Of a stretch of DNA of 64,000 bases, positions 8,175 through 16,497 are shown one piece after another; within the stretch, counting starts at the first letter, position 1; every line of letters begins with the position of its first letter. A model generated the notes under the pieces. The model was not told the DNA's origin and did no database searches. It saw only the letters and a program-made list of their open reading frames with translations. The stretch is from Chlamydiota bacterium (lineage in GTDB: Bacteria; Chlamydiota; Chlamydiia; Chlamydiales; JAAZZY01), in the NCBI GenBank assembly GCA_022601345.1, contig JAJACU010000037.1, forward strand, positions 33,183 to 97,182, written 5' to 3'. The translations under genes and the position numbers were made by a program.

Positions 8175-9500
8175 ATGTTGTCAGATGTAAGTGTTTCAAG
8201 TGTGATTTCAGATTGTAAATCAAAGATAAAAGAAGTTGTAGGTTCGCAATCATTTCAAGTGAGCTTAGGAGCTGCATCGGCAGTAACAGTCATTTGTGTT
8301 ATCTCTAGCGCTTCTTCAAATCTGAATGATCCTATAAGCCCACAATCTTCGACTAAAGATACTGCACTTAAAGCAGACTGGTATGCGAATCAAACTACAG
8401 AACAAAGTCATGCATTGTTGAACGTTTCTTCATGGAGCTCGAGCTCTTTTTTTGATGAATGTCTAAAGGCGGCAACCCCTACTTCTCAAACTCCAGTTTC
8501 AGATGGTAAAGAACGTGTAAGCCAATTGAATACCTCAAAAGGTAGTTTGAGGTCATTATTCATGGATGCTGTTTTACCTACTTGTCAAAAAGACTCTGAA
8601 GATGCTTATCATAAAGTTGCAAACAATGTGTCTGAAATTTTCTTTTCAAAAAAAGAGGATCTTTTTTGTCCTATAAAAAGCACTTTTTCTAATGTGAGTA
8701 TTGCGCCAATAAAATCAAAAGCTTCTGCTAACGCAACTTTTCAAAAAACAGCTAAAAAACTCACAAAAATGGAGCCCGTGGAAACTTCATATAGCTCTTT
8801 ATACATAAGAGCTACAGGTGCCCTTGTAACTTTAGGAAGTCTCGCTTTTCTTTGCCGGCATCAGGGCGATACTCCTACGGTAGTAGTAACAGGGATTGCT
8901 GCAGGATATACAGCAGCTCAGTCACTGTATCGCAATGTTAAAGGTAGAATAAAATCCTTGTTTGCAAGCGGAGGACAGGCTGCAGCTTCAGCGGCAGAGT
9001 TTGGAAGCCCATCTGCAGATGCTGCAGATTCCGGAGATGAAAGTCACAATGCAGAAATACCTAGCACGCCGGCGCCGGTTGAACAAACACTCAGGAAGGT
9101 GGTAGCAGAACTTACAGGTTCCGAAGATGAAAGTCCCATTGCAGAAATACCTAGCAAGCCGGCTGAACCAACATTTATGGAGCAGATAAGAGAGCTTGCA
9201 GATCAAAGTTTTGATGGTGGAGAATTTGAAGAGTCAACTGTGGGTGTAGTTGATGACCCTCCTGGTACCTTTGATGAATTTGCGCAAGATTTTCGAGGTA
9301 GCATGCCTTCTGCACAAAGTTTAGATGGAGCAGCAGCAGCCCAAGGCGGTTTAAACCAAGCCTTTCGTGCAACAGCAGATCAAGTTGCTAGAGATTTTAA
9401 AACTGCAGAAAAAGGTGTGAAAATAAGTAGACAAGCGGGTAGAAACCTCTTAGATACTTTCAAGCAAATGAAAAGGTTCGTCGATGGTCAGGGGAAATAA
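8175..9500 (+). CDS. Hypothetical protein, Inc-like (paired hydrophobic segments), acidic repeat-containing C-terminus
   Basis: ATGALVTLGSLAFLC-RHQGDTP-TVVVTGIAAGYTAAQSL is a bilobed hydrophobic motif. The N-terminus is similar to the next ORF. Confidence 0.6.
   Translation: MLSDVSVSSVISDCKSKIKEVVGSQSFQVSLGAASAVTVICVISSASSNLNDPISPQSSTKDTALKADWYANQTTEQSHALLNVSSWSSSSFFDECLKAATPTSQTPVSDGKERVSQLNTSKGSLRSLFMDAVLPTCQKDSEDAYHKVANNVSEIFFSKKEDLFCPIKSTFSNVSIAPIKSKASANATFQKTAKKLTKMEPVETSYSSLYIRATGALVTLGSLAFLCRHQGDTPTVVVTGIAAGYTAAQSLYRNVKGRIKSLFASGGQAAASAAEFGSPSADAADSGDESHNAEIPSTPAPVEQTLRKVVAELTGSEDESPIAEIPSKPAEPTFMEQIRELADQSFDGGEFEESTVGVVDDPPGTFDEFAQDFRGSMPSAQSLDGAAAAQGGLNQAFRATADQVARDFKTAEKGVKISRQAGRNLLDTFKQMKRFVDGQGK
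9030..9180. repeat. Tandem ~90-bp duplication inside the CDS
   Basis: tccgGagatgaaagtcAcaAtgcagaaatacctagcaCgccgg (9030-9072) versus tccgAagatgaaagtcCcaTtgcagaaatacctagcaAgccgg (9120-9162). Encodes GDESHNAEIPSTPAP / EDESPIAEIPSKPAEP. Confidence 0.85.
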
Positions 9501-9564
9501 AAATAACTGATGGGAAGTAAATTTTTCTTAACACCAAAATATTTTTATAAGGACGTAATAATTT

Positions 9565-10239
9565 ATGTCAGTAGTTTCAATCCAACAACCTAGAGTAGTC
9601 AACTTTTTGCAAACTCTAAATGAGAGTATAAAATCAAAAGCGTTTCAAATTTCTTTTGGAACGACTTTTGCTTTCACAGCAATGCTAATTATCTATCAAT
9701 CTCACGCATGTTTGAACGCTCAGCCTAAAAACCTTAATAATAATGCAGCTTTGCAAAATCCATTACTTGTAAATCAGTTGCCAATTATTGGTTTAGCATC
9801 ACCTGTGAGCGCTGCGTATGATTATTGCATGAGAAATCAAAGTCTAGAATCTAAGAATTTTTCAATTAAGCCTTTAGCTGAAATATCGCCATTTAACCCT
9901 CCACTAGTGGGTGAGATCTTAGCTCATAAATTCGAACAAGCGAGTGCTGAGAAGATTGATCAAAAGATCACAGCTCAGTGTAAAAGACAAGCCTACTACA
10001 GTGCTGATCTACTCCATAAAAAAAATAAGTTCAGTCGGCCGGCAAATTCATCAGCACCTAGGGTTGTCCAAGTTTCTAAAAATGTGTATCCAATCCCCAA
10101 TGCTATTTGGTCTAAGTGGATCTGGAGAGCTGGTGGAGTTGTTGCAGCAGGAGTGTTTACTCAAAAAGTCGTAAAACCTTTTGCGTCATCTGCCATGCTT
10201 TCCTTGGGAAGGCTCATGCTTGATTTGTTTCTCTTTTAG
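9565..10239 (+). CDS. Hypothetical membrane protein, N-terminal paralog of 8175..9500
   Basis: IKSKAFQISFGTTFAFTAMLII aligns with IKEVVGSQSFQVSLGAASAVTVICVI of the upstream ORF. C-terminal hydrophobic tail. Confidence 0.55.
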   Translation: MSVVSIQQPRVVNFLQTLNESIKSKAFQISFGTTFAFTAMLIIYQSHACLNAQPKNLNNNAALQNPLLVNQLPIIGLASPVSAAYDYCMRNQSLESKNFSIKPLAEISPFNPPLVGEILAHKFEQASAEKIDQKITAQCKRQAYYSADLLHKKNKFSRPANSSAPRVVQVSKNVYPIPNAIWSKWIWRAGGVVAAGVFTQKVVKPFASSAMLSLGRLMLDLFLF

Positions 10240-10321
10240 CATTTTCAATTAGGTTGTTTTTTTTGATTTTAGTCTTCTGACAGGCTTTTAAAGGGGCTGT
10301 TTAATCATCAAAAAGACAGTT

Positions 10322-10349
10322 TTCCACACATATTCCCACTATTTCCCAC
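10322..10349 (-). promoter_or_regulatory. Putative distal MraZ operator: three CCAC/CCCAC boxes
   Basis: TTCCAC(AC) 10322-10329, TTCCCAC 10333-10339, TTCCCAC 10343-10349. The last two are exactly 10 bp apart and are the reverse complement of the proximal boxes. Confidence 0.5.
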
Positions 10350-10460
10350 AATTTGTTATTTTTTTTTAATTATATAAACCATTTATTCCAAGTTTTGTAA
10401 GGATTTATTGTGGGTAATTTTACCTGCATTTTTAAAAACAATTTGTTTCTCTCGGTAAAA

Positions 10461-10490
10461 TTGTGGTATACAGTGGGGTATTGTGGGAAA
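10461..10490 (+). promoter_or_regulatory. Putative proximal MraZ operator: three GTGG(G) boxes with 10-bp phasing
   Basis: TTGTGGTATA CAGTGGGGTA TTGTGGGAAA with GTGG starting at 10463, 10473 and 10483. An additional TTGTGGGTAA lies at 10408-10417. Confidence 0.55.
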
Positions 10491-10496
10491 TTAACT

Positions 10497-11009
10497 ATGA
10501 CTCATTTTTTTAGTGGTGCACATACAAGTAAGCTTGATGAGAAAAACCGTTTGGTTTTACCTCATGAGTTGAGATACGGCCTCGTTGAAAACGGGGTAAT
10601 GCAGTTTTCTTTAGCGTTAGGCATGGGAGGTAATCTTTCTATATATCGCAAAAGTGAAATAGATCGACTTATCGAGCAGTTTCAAAAGCTTCAATATGTC
10701 GCCAAGTATCAAAAGTTTCTAACCATCTTCTTTTCAACTCTTTTCCATACAGAATGCGACAAAGTTGGGCGAATAAAACTGCCTGCCATGCTGAAAAAAG
10801 CTGCTCGAATAGATCAAGAGGTGGTTATTGCAGGAGTGATGAATAAAATTGAAATATGGCCACAAGAAGCCTATGAGACTATGTTGACCCAATTTTTAGA
10901 TGGGCAAGATCAAGATTTAGATCTAGCAAAAGTAGCCGAAGAAGCATTTAAAGAACCTGGAAGCAAAAAATCGGATCTTCCACTAATTGGAGGGCAGCAA
11001 ATCTCGTGA
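10497..11009 (+). CDS. mraZ: Transcriptional regulator MraZ
   Basis: MTHFFSGAHTSKLDEKNRLVLP plus the second half-domain DKVGRIKLPAMLKK (duplicated MraZ/SpoVT-AbrB motifs). First gene of the dcw cluster. The track start at 10410 adds 29 non-homologous residues. Confidence 0.85.
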   Translation: MTHFFSGAHTSKLDEKNRLVLPHELRYGLVENGVMQFSLALGMGGNLSIYRKSEIDRLIEQFQKLQYVAKYQKFLTIFFSTLFHTECDKVGRIKLPAMLKKAARIDQEVVIAGVMNKIEIWPQEAYETMLTQFLDGQDQDLDLAKVAEEAFKEPGSKKSDLPLIGGQQIS

Positions 11010-11926
11010 CTGAGCCAGGACATACTCCGGTTTTATTAGATGAGTTTTTGAGTTTTTTTGAAGACTTAAAAATTAAGGTTTTTGTCGATGGAACTTTAGG
11101 AGCTGGAGGTCATAGTTTAGCTATTTTGGAAGCTCACCCTGAGATAGAAAAACTTATTGGCTTTGACCAGGATAGTCAAGCTATTGAGATTGCTAAAAAA
11201 AGACTAAAGCCTTTTGAAAAAAAAGTTGTGATTTTAGAAAAAAATTATTGTGACATGCACGAAGAACTAAAGAAAAAAAATATCTCAAAAGTTGATGGAA
11301 TTTTCCTAGACATAGGAGTTTCTTCAATGCAGCTAGATCAAGCTGAAAGAGGTTTTAGTTTTTCAAAAAATGGTCCACTAGATATGCGTATGGACCGAAA
11401 TTGCTCTCTAACAGCTGCTGAAATTGTCAACACCTGGAGTGAAAAGGATCTAGCAGATATTTTCAGAGAATACGGTGACGTGGCTAAATGGCGTTTTGCT
11501 GCTAAAACGATTGTTCAAGAGCGTAAAAAACACCCTTTTAAAACGACAAAAGATCTAGTTGATCTCCTTTCTCCTTTCTTAAGGAAATCTTCAAAAAAAA
11601 GTATTCACCCTCTTACGCTAGTTTTTCAAGCCTTGCGTATTGCAGTAAATAATGAACTTAAAGTTTTGGGATATACATTGCCTAAAGCCATGCCTTTTTT
11701 GAGACCTGGAGGAAGGCTTGGAGTCATTAGTTTTCATAGTGGAGAAGATCGAATTGTAAAAAACAGTTTCAGGGCTATGAGCAAAAGTCAGCCTCAAATG
11801 GGAAAAGAGTCGCAGAAGCCTTTAGCTTTAATGGTAACAAAAAAGCCCGTAGGACCAACGGATGAAGAGTGTCGGCGCAACCCAAGAGCGCGCAGTGCAA
11901 AAATGAGAGTTTTAGAAAGGATTTAG
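11006..11926 (+). CDS. rsmH: 16S rRNA (cytosine1402-N4)-methyltransferase RsmH (MraW)
   Basis: HTPVLLDEFL, DGTLGAGGHS, DIGVSSMQLD, ISFHSGEDRIVK signatures. GTGA overlap with the mraZ stop. Confidence 0.95.
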   Translation: MTEPGHTPVLLDEFLSFFEDLKIKVFVDGTLGAGGHSLAILEAHPEIEKLIGFDQDSQAIEIAKKRLKPFEKKVVILEKNYCDMHEELKKKNISKVDGIFLDIGVSSMQLDQAERGFSFSKNGPLDMRMDRNCSLTAAEIVNTWSEKDLADIFREYGDVAKWRFAAKTIVQERKKHPFKTTKDLVDLLSPFLRKSSKKSIHPLTLVFQALRIAVNNELKVLGYTLPKAMPFLRPGGRLGVISFHSGEDRIVKNSFRAMSKSQPQMGKESQKPLALMVTKKPVGPTDEECRRNPRARSAKMRVLERI

Positions 11927-11933
11927 GTAGAAT

Positions 11934-12305
11934 ATGGCGCACCTATTTAGAGTATTGATTTGTTTAGTTGTTTTTGGCTTAGGATCATTTCTTTATGTTG
12001 ATCAGCTCAATCAACAAACAGCTTTGCGCTTTCAAATTCCTGCAATAGAAAAAGAGATCGAAGAAATCACTCAACAAAATGTCCAACTTGCTTTTCAGCT
12101 TGAAAATTTCAATAACCCGCAGCATTTACTTGAACTTGCAAAGCAACCCGAGTATAGTCACCTTAAATTTCCATTTATGGAAGAGGTGATGGTCATCTCT
12201 TCTGAGATTGCAAAACGATATGAGTCTACGTCTGAGGAGATAGGGCCTGCAGATCAAAGGTCTTTGGTCAAATGGCCAATCTACTTAGGTAGCAGTAAAA
12301 GATAA
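11934..12305 (+). CDS. FtsL-like small bitopic cell-division protein
   Basis: Single N-terminal TM (LICLVVFGLGSFLYV) followed by a heptad-like region. Sits in the canonical slot between rsmH and ftsI. Call is based on position only. Confidence 0.55.
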   Translation: MAHLFRVLICLVVFGLGSFLYVDQLNQQTALRFQIPAIEKEIEEITQQNVQLAFQLENFNNPQHLLELAKQPEYSHLKFPFMEEVMVISSEIAKRYESTSEEIGPADQRSLVKWPIYLGSSKR

Positions 12306-12314
12306 TTAAACAAT

Positions 12315-14315
12315 ATGAAAGAGTATAAGCGTGTTCTTTGGGTCTCGTGCTCAATTTTTGCTCTATTTTCCCTATTAGTCGTTCAATTTTTTAGAGTGCA
12401 AATTATTCAGGGTGAAAAATGGCAAAAAGTGGCAAGGATGCAGCACCAGCTCATTGTCAAAGAGCCTTTCAAAAGAGGCAAATTTTTTGCAAATACCAGT
12501 CTGCTTCCCGTTACAAAAGATAAGAAACAATCGTTTGTAATTGATATTCCTAAAGTTCACCTCTTTGCTGACCCTTACCAAATTCCACAGAACAAACAAA
12601 CTGAAATAGCCGAAAAACTTAAAGATATTTTAGCTTTAGATATAGGTGATCAACAGCATTTTCTAAAAGAAATGCAACATGAAAAAAGCAGATCAAGAAA
12701 AATGCGTATGTGGGTCTCTTTAGATGAGCGTAATGAAGTCTCTAAATGGTGGTATCCCTATGCAAGAAAAAATAAAATAGCTTCTAATGCTCTTTTTTTC
12801 GTTTCAGATTATAAGCGCTCATACCCCTATGGCCCTTTACTTGGGCAATTACTACATACTATTCAAGAAAATAAAGAAGAGCAAACAAGGCAAGGCCTTC
12901 CAACAGGAGGATTAGAGTATTACTTTAACTCTTTTCTTAAAGGAAAAGAAGGTAAGAAAAAATTGATGCGTTCTCCCAAAAGTTCTTTAGATCAGGGGGT
13001 GATTACCAAAAAGCCTGTTCATGGAGCGGATGTGTATTTAACGATTAACCATCATCTGCAAGCTATAGCTGAAGAAGAAATAGAAAGAGGGGTTAAAGGG
13101 TGTGAGGCTAAGTCAGGTTGGGCTGTGATGATGGACCCGATGACAGGAGAAGTTTTAGCCATGGCTCAGTATCCAAAATTTGACCCAGAGAACTATAAGC
13201 AATACTATCAAAACGAAGACTCTATTGAACACACAAACTTAAAGAGCATCTGCGATAGCTATGAGCCCGGCTCTACTTTTAAACCTATTACAATTGCTAT
13301 TAGCTTGTTGGCTAATGAAGAATTAAAGCGAAAGGGCAAAGACCCACTTTTTGATCCTTGCGAGAAAATTTCTACAAGCTCAGGTCACTTTCCGGGAAGG
13401 AGTAGACCTTTAACAGATCCAAGACACTACCGCTATAATAATCAGTACCTCGCAATGCAAAGGTCAACCAATATCTATTTTGCCAAGCTCGCTGACCGAG
13501 TCAGCAAAGAGTTGGGCTCCGATTGGTATAGAGAGCAATTGTGTAACATTTTTGGTCTCGGCAGCAAAACGGGAATAGAGTATCCATTAGAAAACCCAGG
13601 GTTTGTTCCGCGTCCTGGGATGCAGAATCCTAATGGGACATTAGAATGGTCAGTCCCAACGCCTTACTCATTAGCAATCGGCTATAATTTGATGGTAAAT
13701 AGCCTTCAAATTACACGAATTTACTGCGCATTTGCAAATGGGGGGTATCTTGTGAAGCCTACTTTTGTCAAAAAAATATCTAAGACAGACGAGCAAGGGC
13801 GCGAAGAAATTCTATTTGATAATAAAGAAGAGCAACGCTTAGATCAGTTTAAAAAAATTCTTTCTCCATACATTGCAAGTGAAGTCATGAAATGCCTTAA
13901 ATACTCTGTGCAGTATGTTGGAAGTGGGAATTTGGCTGATGTGTATGGTTACTCAATAGCTGGTAAATCTGGAACGGCAAGAAAGATTGTAAATGGAAAG
14001 TATTCACAAAAAAATTACTTTGCATCTTTTATAGGTATAGCTCCGGTTCAAAAACCACGCTTTGTGTTGTTGGTTTCAATGGATGAACCCAAGCCCACTT
14101 TAAAGCACGGTATTGGCTACATGTATTATGGTGGAAAGTGTGCAGCTCCAGTTTTTAGAGAGATTTCTAGAAGGTCATTAGAGTACTTGGGAGTAGCTCC
14201 TGATAATCCGTTTCATTACCCATTAGGCGACCAAAGGCGCAAGGTTGAAAAAACATTTTGGTTTAAAGAATCGCAAGAGTTAAAAAAACTAAACGAGCAG
14301 TGGAACGGGCAATGA
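12315..14315 (+). CDS. ftsI: Penicillin-binding protein 3 / FtsI-type transpeptidase
   Basis: N-terminal TM. SxxK = STFKP, KTG-type = KSGTA. dcw context. Confidence 0.9.
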   Translation: MKEYKRVLWVSCSIFALFSLLVVQFFRVQIIQGEKWQKVARMQHQLIVKEPFKRGKFFANTSLLPVTKDKKQSFVIDIPKVHLFADPYQIPQNKQTEIAEKLKDILALDIGDQQHFLKEMQHEKSRSRKMRMWVSLDERNEVSKWWYPYARKNKIASNALFFVSDYKRSYPYGPLLGQLLHTIQENKEEQTRQGLPTGGLEYYFNSFLKGKEGKKKLMRSPKSSLDQGVITKKPVHGADVYLTINHHLQAIAEEEIERGVKGCEAKSGWAVMMDPMTGEVLAMAQYPKFDPENYKQYYQNEDSIEHTNLKSICDSYEPGSTFKPITIAISLLANEELKRKGKDPLFDPCEKISTSSGHFPGRSRPLTDPRHYRYNNQYLAMQRSTNIYFAKLADRVSKELGSDWYREQLCNIFGLGSKTGIEYPLENPGFVPRPGMQNPNGTLEWSVPTPYSLAIGYNLMVNSLQITRIYCAFANGGYLVKPTFVKKISKTDEQGREEILFDNKEEQRLDQFKKILSPYIASEVMKCLKYSVQYVGSGNLADVYGYSIAGKSGTARKIVNGKYSQKNYFASFIGIAPVQKPRFVLLVSMDEPKPTLKHGIGYMYYGGKCAAPVFREISRRSLEYLGVAPDNPFHYPLGDQRRKVEKTFWFKESQELKKLNEQWNGQ

Positions 14316-15769
14316 AAATAAGAGAGTTGTTTAAAAGTCATGATGTTGAAGTCTATGGTGAAAATCTTGAGATTTTAGGCATCTCTTCTAACTCTAAACT
14401 AATTGCTAAAGGGGATCTTTTTATAGCAAAAAATGGCTCAAGTTTTAAAGGAATTGATTTTGCGCAAGAGGCCGTAAATTTAGGTGCGATAGCTCTATTG
14501 TTAGATAAATATGAGCCGGCATTCGAAAAATACACACAGATTGTACATAAGAATCCCTCCAAAATCGAAGGCTCTATTGCAGATCGTTTTTATAGAAGAC
14601 CTTCAAAAAAGCTGTACACAATTGCCATAACAGGAACAAATGGAAAAACCTCAACTTCTTACCTAATTCGCCAGCTTTTTGGAGAACGCAAATGTGGTTT
14701 AATTGGAACTATTGAATACCTAATTGGTGACAAATCAGTCGATGCATCTCTAACAACGCCAGATGTTGTCAGTAACCATAAGATGCTCTCTCAAATGATT
14801 GAAAATAAAATGCAAGTGGCTGTTATGGAGGCTACGTCAGTTGCTCTGACGCAAAATCGATTAGACAATATTGATTTTGATATCGCTGTTTTTACAAACC
14901 TATCTCAAGACCACCTTGATTATCACAAAGATATGCAGCAATATTTAGAGTCTAAAGCATTACTTTTTGAACATTTATCTCCTGATAAAACTGCTATAAT
15001 TAACATTGATGATCAAAAAGCAAATCAGCTTGTGCATAACTGTCGAGCTCAGATTAAAACCTATGGAACAGCTTTAGGAGCAGATTATTTAATCTCAGAC
15101 ATAGTTTTGAAGGCAAGTCGTTGCGAATTTGGACTAACTATTGATGGATGTAAACACATCGTCAACATTCCCCTAATTGGGATGTTCAATGTTTATAATG
15201 CAACAGCTGCAATTGCTACAGCAGTTGTTGCAGGAATACCAATAGATCAAATCATTGAAAAAACAGAGAGACTTTTAGCTCCAAAGGGAAGATTGCAGTC
15301 TATAGAGAATCCATATGGAGCTCAAATTTTTGTAGACTTTGCACATACTGAGGATGCTTTGAAAAATGTTATTCAATCTTTAAAACAAATAGAGCATAAC
15401 CGCCTCATTACAGTTTTTGGGTGTGGAGGAGATCGAGATCCACATAAAAGGGCCTCAATGGGAAAAACAGTGAGCCATGAAAGCGATATCACTATAATTA
15501 CCTCAGATAATCCTAGGTTTGAAGACCCTGAAGAAATTTGCAGGCAAGTTAAATCAGGCTGTGATCAGCAAAAAGAAATCTATGTTGAACCCGATCGAAA
15601 AACAGCTATTGAAAATGCTCTAAATATGCTTAAAGCTCACGACGTGTTGTTAATTGCTGGGCGTGGTCATGAAAAGTTTCAGATAATAAATGGGAAAAAA
15701 ACACCATTTGAAGATGCTACAGTTGTTACAAAATTAATAAAAAATTTAAGTTCTGCATTAGGAAAATAG
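14312..15769 (+). CDS. murE: UDP-MurNAc-L-Ala-D-Glu--2,6-diaminopimelate ligase MurE
   Basis: GTNGKTST P-loop. DNPR motif (TSDNPRFEDP), typical of meso-DAP-adding MurE. ATGA overlap with the ftsI stop favours ATG 14312 over the track's GTG 14300. Confidence 0.9.
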   Translation: MKIRELFKSHDVEVYGENLEILGISSNSKLIAKGDLFIAKNGSSFKGIDFAQEAVNLGAIALLLDKYEPAFEKYTQIVHKNPSKIEGSIADRFYRRPSKKLYTIAITGTNGKTSTSYLIRQLFGERKCGLIGTIEYLIGDKSVDASLTTPDVVSNHKMLSQMIENKMQVAVMEATSVALTQNRLDNIDFDIAVFTNLSQDHLDYHKDMQQYLESKALLFEHLSPDKTAIINIDDQKANQLVHNCRAQIKTYGTALGADYLISDIVLKASRCEFGLTIDGCKHIVNIPLIGMFNVYNATAAIATAVVAGIPIDQIIEKTERLLAPKGRLQSIENPYGAQIFVDFAHTEDALKNVIQSLKQIEHNRLITVFGCGGDRDPHKRASMGKTVSHESDITIITSDNPRFEDPEEICRQVKSGCDQQKEIYVEPDRKTAIENALNMLKAHDVLLIAGRGHEKFQIINGKKTPFEDATVVTKLIKNLSSALGK

Positions 15770-15770
15770 T

Positions 15771-16196
15771 TTGGAACCATCTAACTTAGATAGATTTGTT
15801 GTTGCACAATTGCAATCTTACCATTCAGTAGTTGAGGAGCTTAATAGTGGAAAAAAGAAAACGCACTGGATGTGGTATATTTTTCCTCAGATAGAAGGTC
15901 TGGGAAGCAGCCCATTATCTAAAAAATATGCAATTAAATCTCTTGATGAAGCAAAGGCTTACTATAACCACAATTTATTAGGAAAAAGATTGCTAGAGTG
16001 CTCTAAGATCCTCCTGAATATAGATGGCAAAGGTATTAATGAAATTTTTGCTTATCCAGACAATATAAAGCTCCAGTCATCTATGACCTTGTTTGTCAAA
16101 GCTGCCCCAAGTGAAAACATTTTTCAGCAGGTTATTGAAAAATATTTTGATGGAAAGCTTGATGACAAAACTCTAGAAAAAACTCTCTGTAAATAA
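15771..16196 (+). CDS. DUF1810-family protein
   Basis: HWMWYIFPQ signature and ~140 aa length. TTG start. Confidence 0.65.
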   Translation: MEPSNLDRFVVAQLQSYHSVVEELNSGKKKTHWMWYIFPQIEGLGSSPLSKKYAIKSLDEAKAYYNHNLLGKRLLECSKILLNIDGKGINEIFAYPDNIKLQSSMTLFVKAAPSENIFQQVIEKYFDGKLDDKTLEKTLCK

Positions 16197-16338
16197 TTTT
16201 TTATTAAATATTTTCTCTCAATGTGCAAGTTTAAAATTTTCTTTTAAATGAGTCTGCTGCAGTTCTTATAAACAAAATTTACAGTGAAAAGATAGACTTG
16301 AGCGGGTATACTCTTGTCGAGATAAAGCTAGTGGGCTG

Positions 16339-16412
16339 TGTCCTCGGCGCGATTCGAACGCGCGACCTATTGCTTAGGAGGCAATTGCTCTATCCAGCTG
16401 AGCTACGAGAAC
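16339..16412 (-). tRNA. tRNA-Arg (anticodon CCT)
   Basis: Reverse complement is GTTCTCG-TAGCTCAGCTGGATAGAGCA-ATTGC-CTCCTAA-GCAAT-..-GCGCGTTCGAATCGCGC-CGAGGAC-A. The 7-bp acceptor pairs (one G-U). CCA is not encoded. Confidence 0.9.
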
Positions 16413-16497
16413 AAACTTTAGCTAATTAAATTACTGGACAAACAGCTTTTTCTCAAGTATTTTTAGTTTTCACTTTTTAAATAAGGATCTTTTTTTT

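Noticed and set aside
9944-10174. 76-aa ORF nested in 9565..10239, and the 8988..9372 minus-strand ORFs
   Set aside because: They overlap longer ORFs that show paralog support and TM features. They have no independent signals.
10410-10496. Longer MraZ start (GTG 10410) from the ORF track
   Set aside because: The extra 29 residues have no MraZ homology and would run through the GTGGG operator boxes. MraZ proteins start right at the M-x-F-x-G...D-x-K-x-R motif, which is found at ATG 10497.
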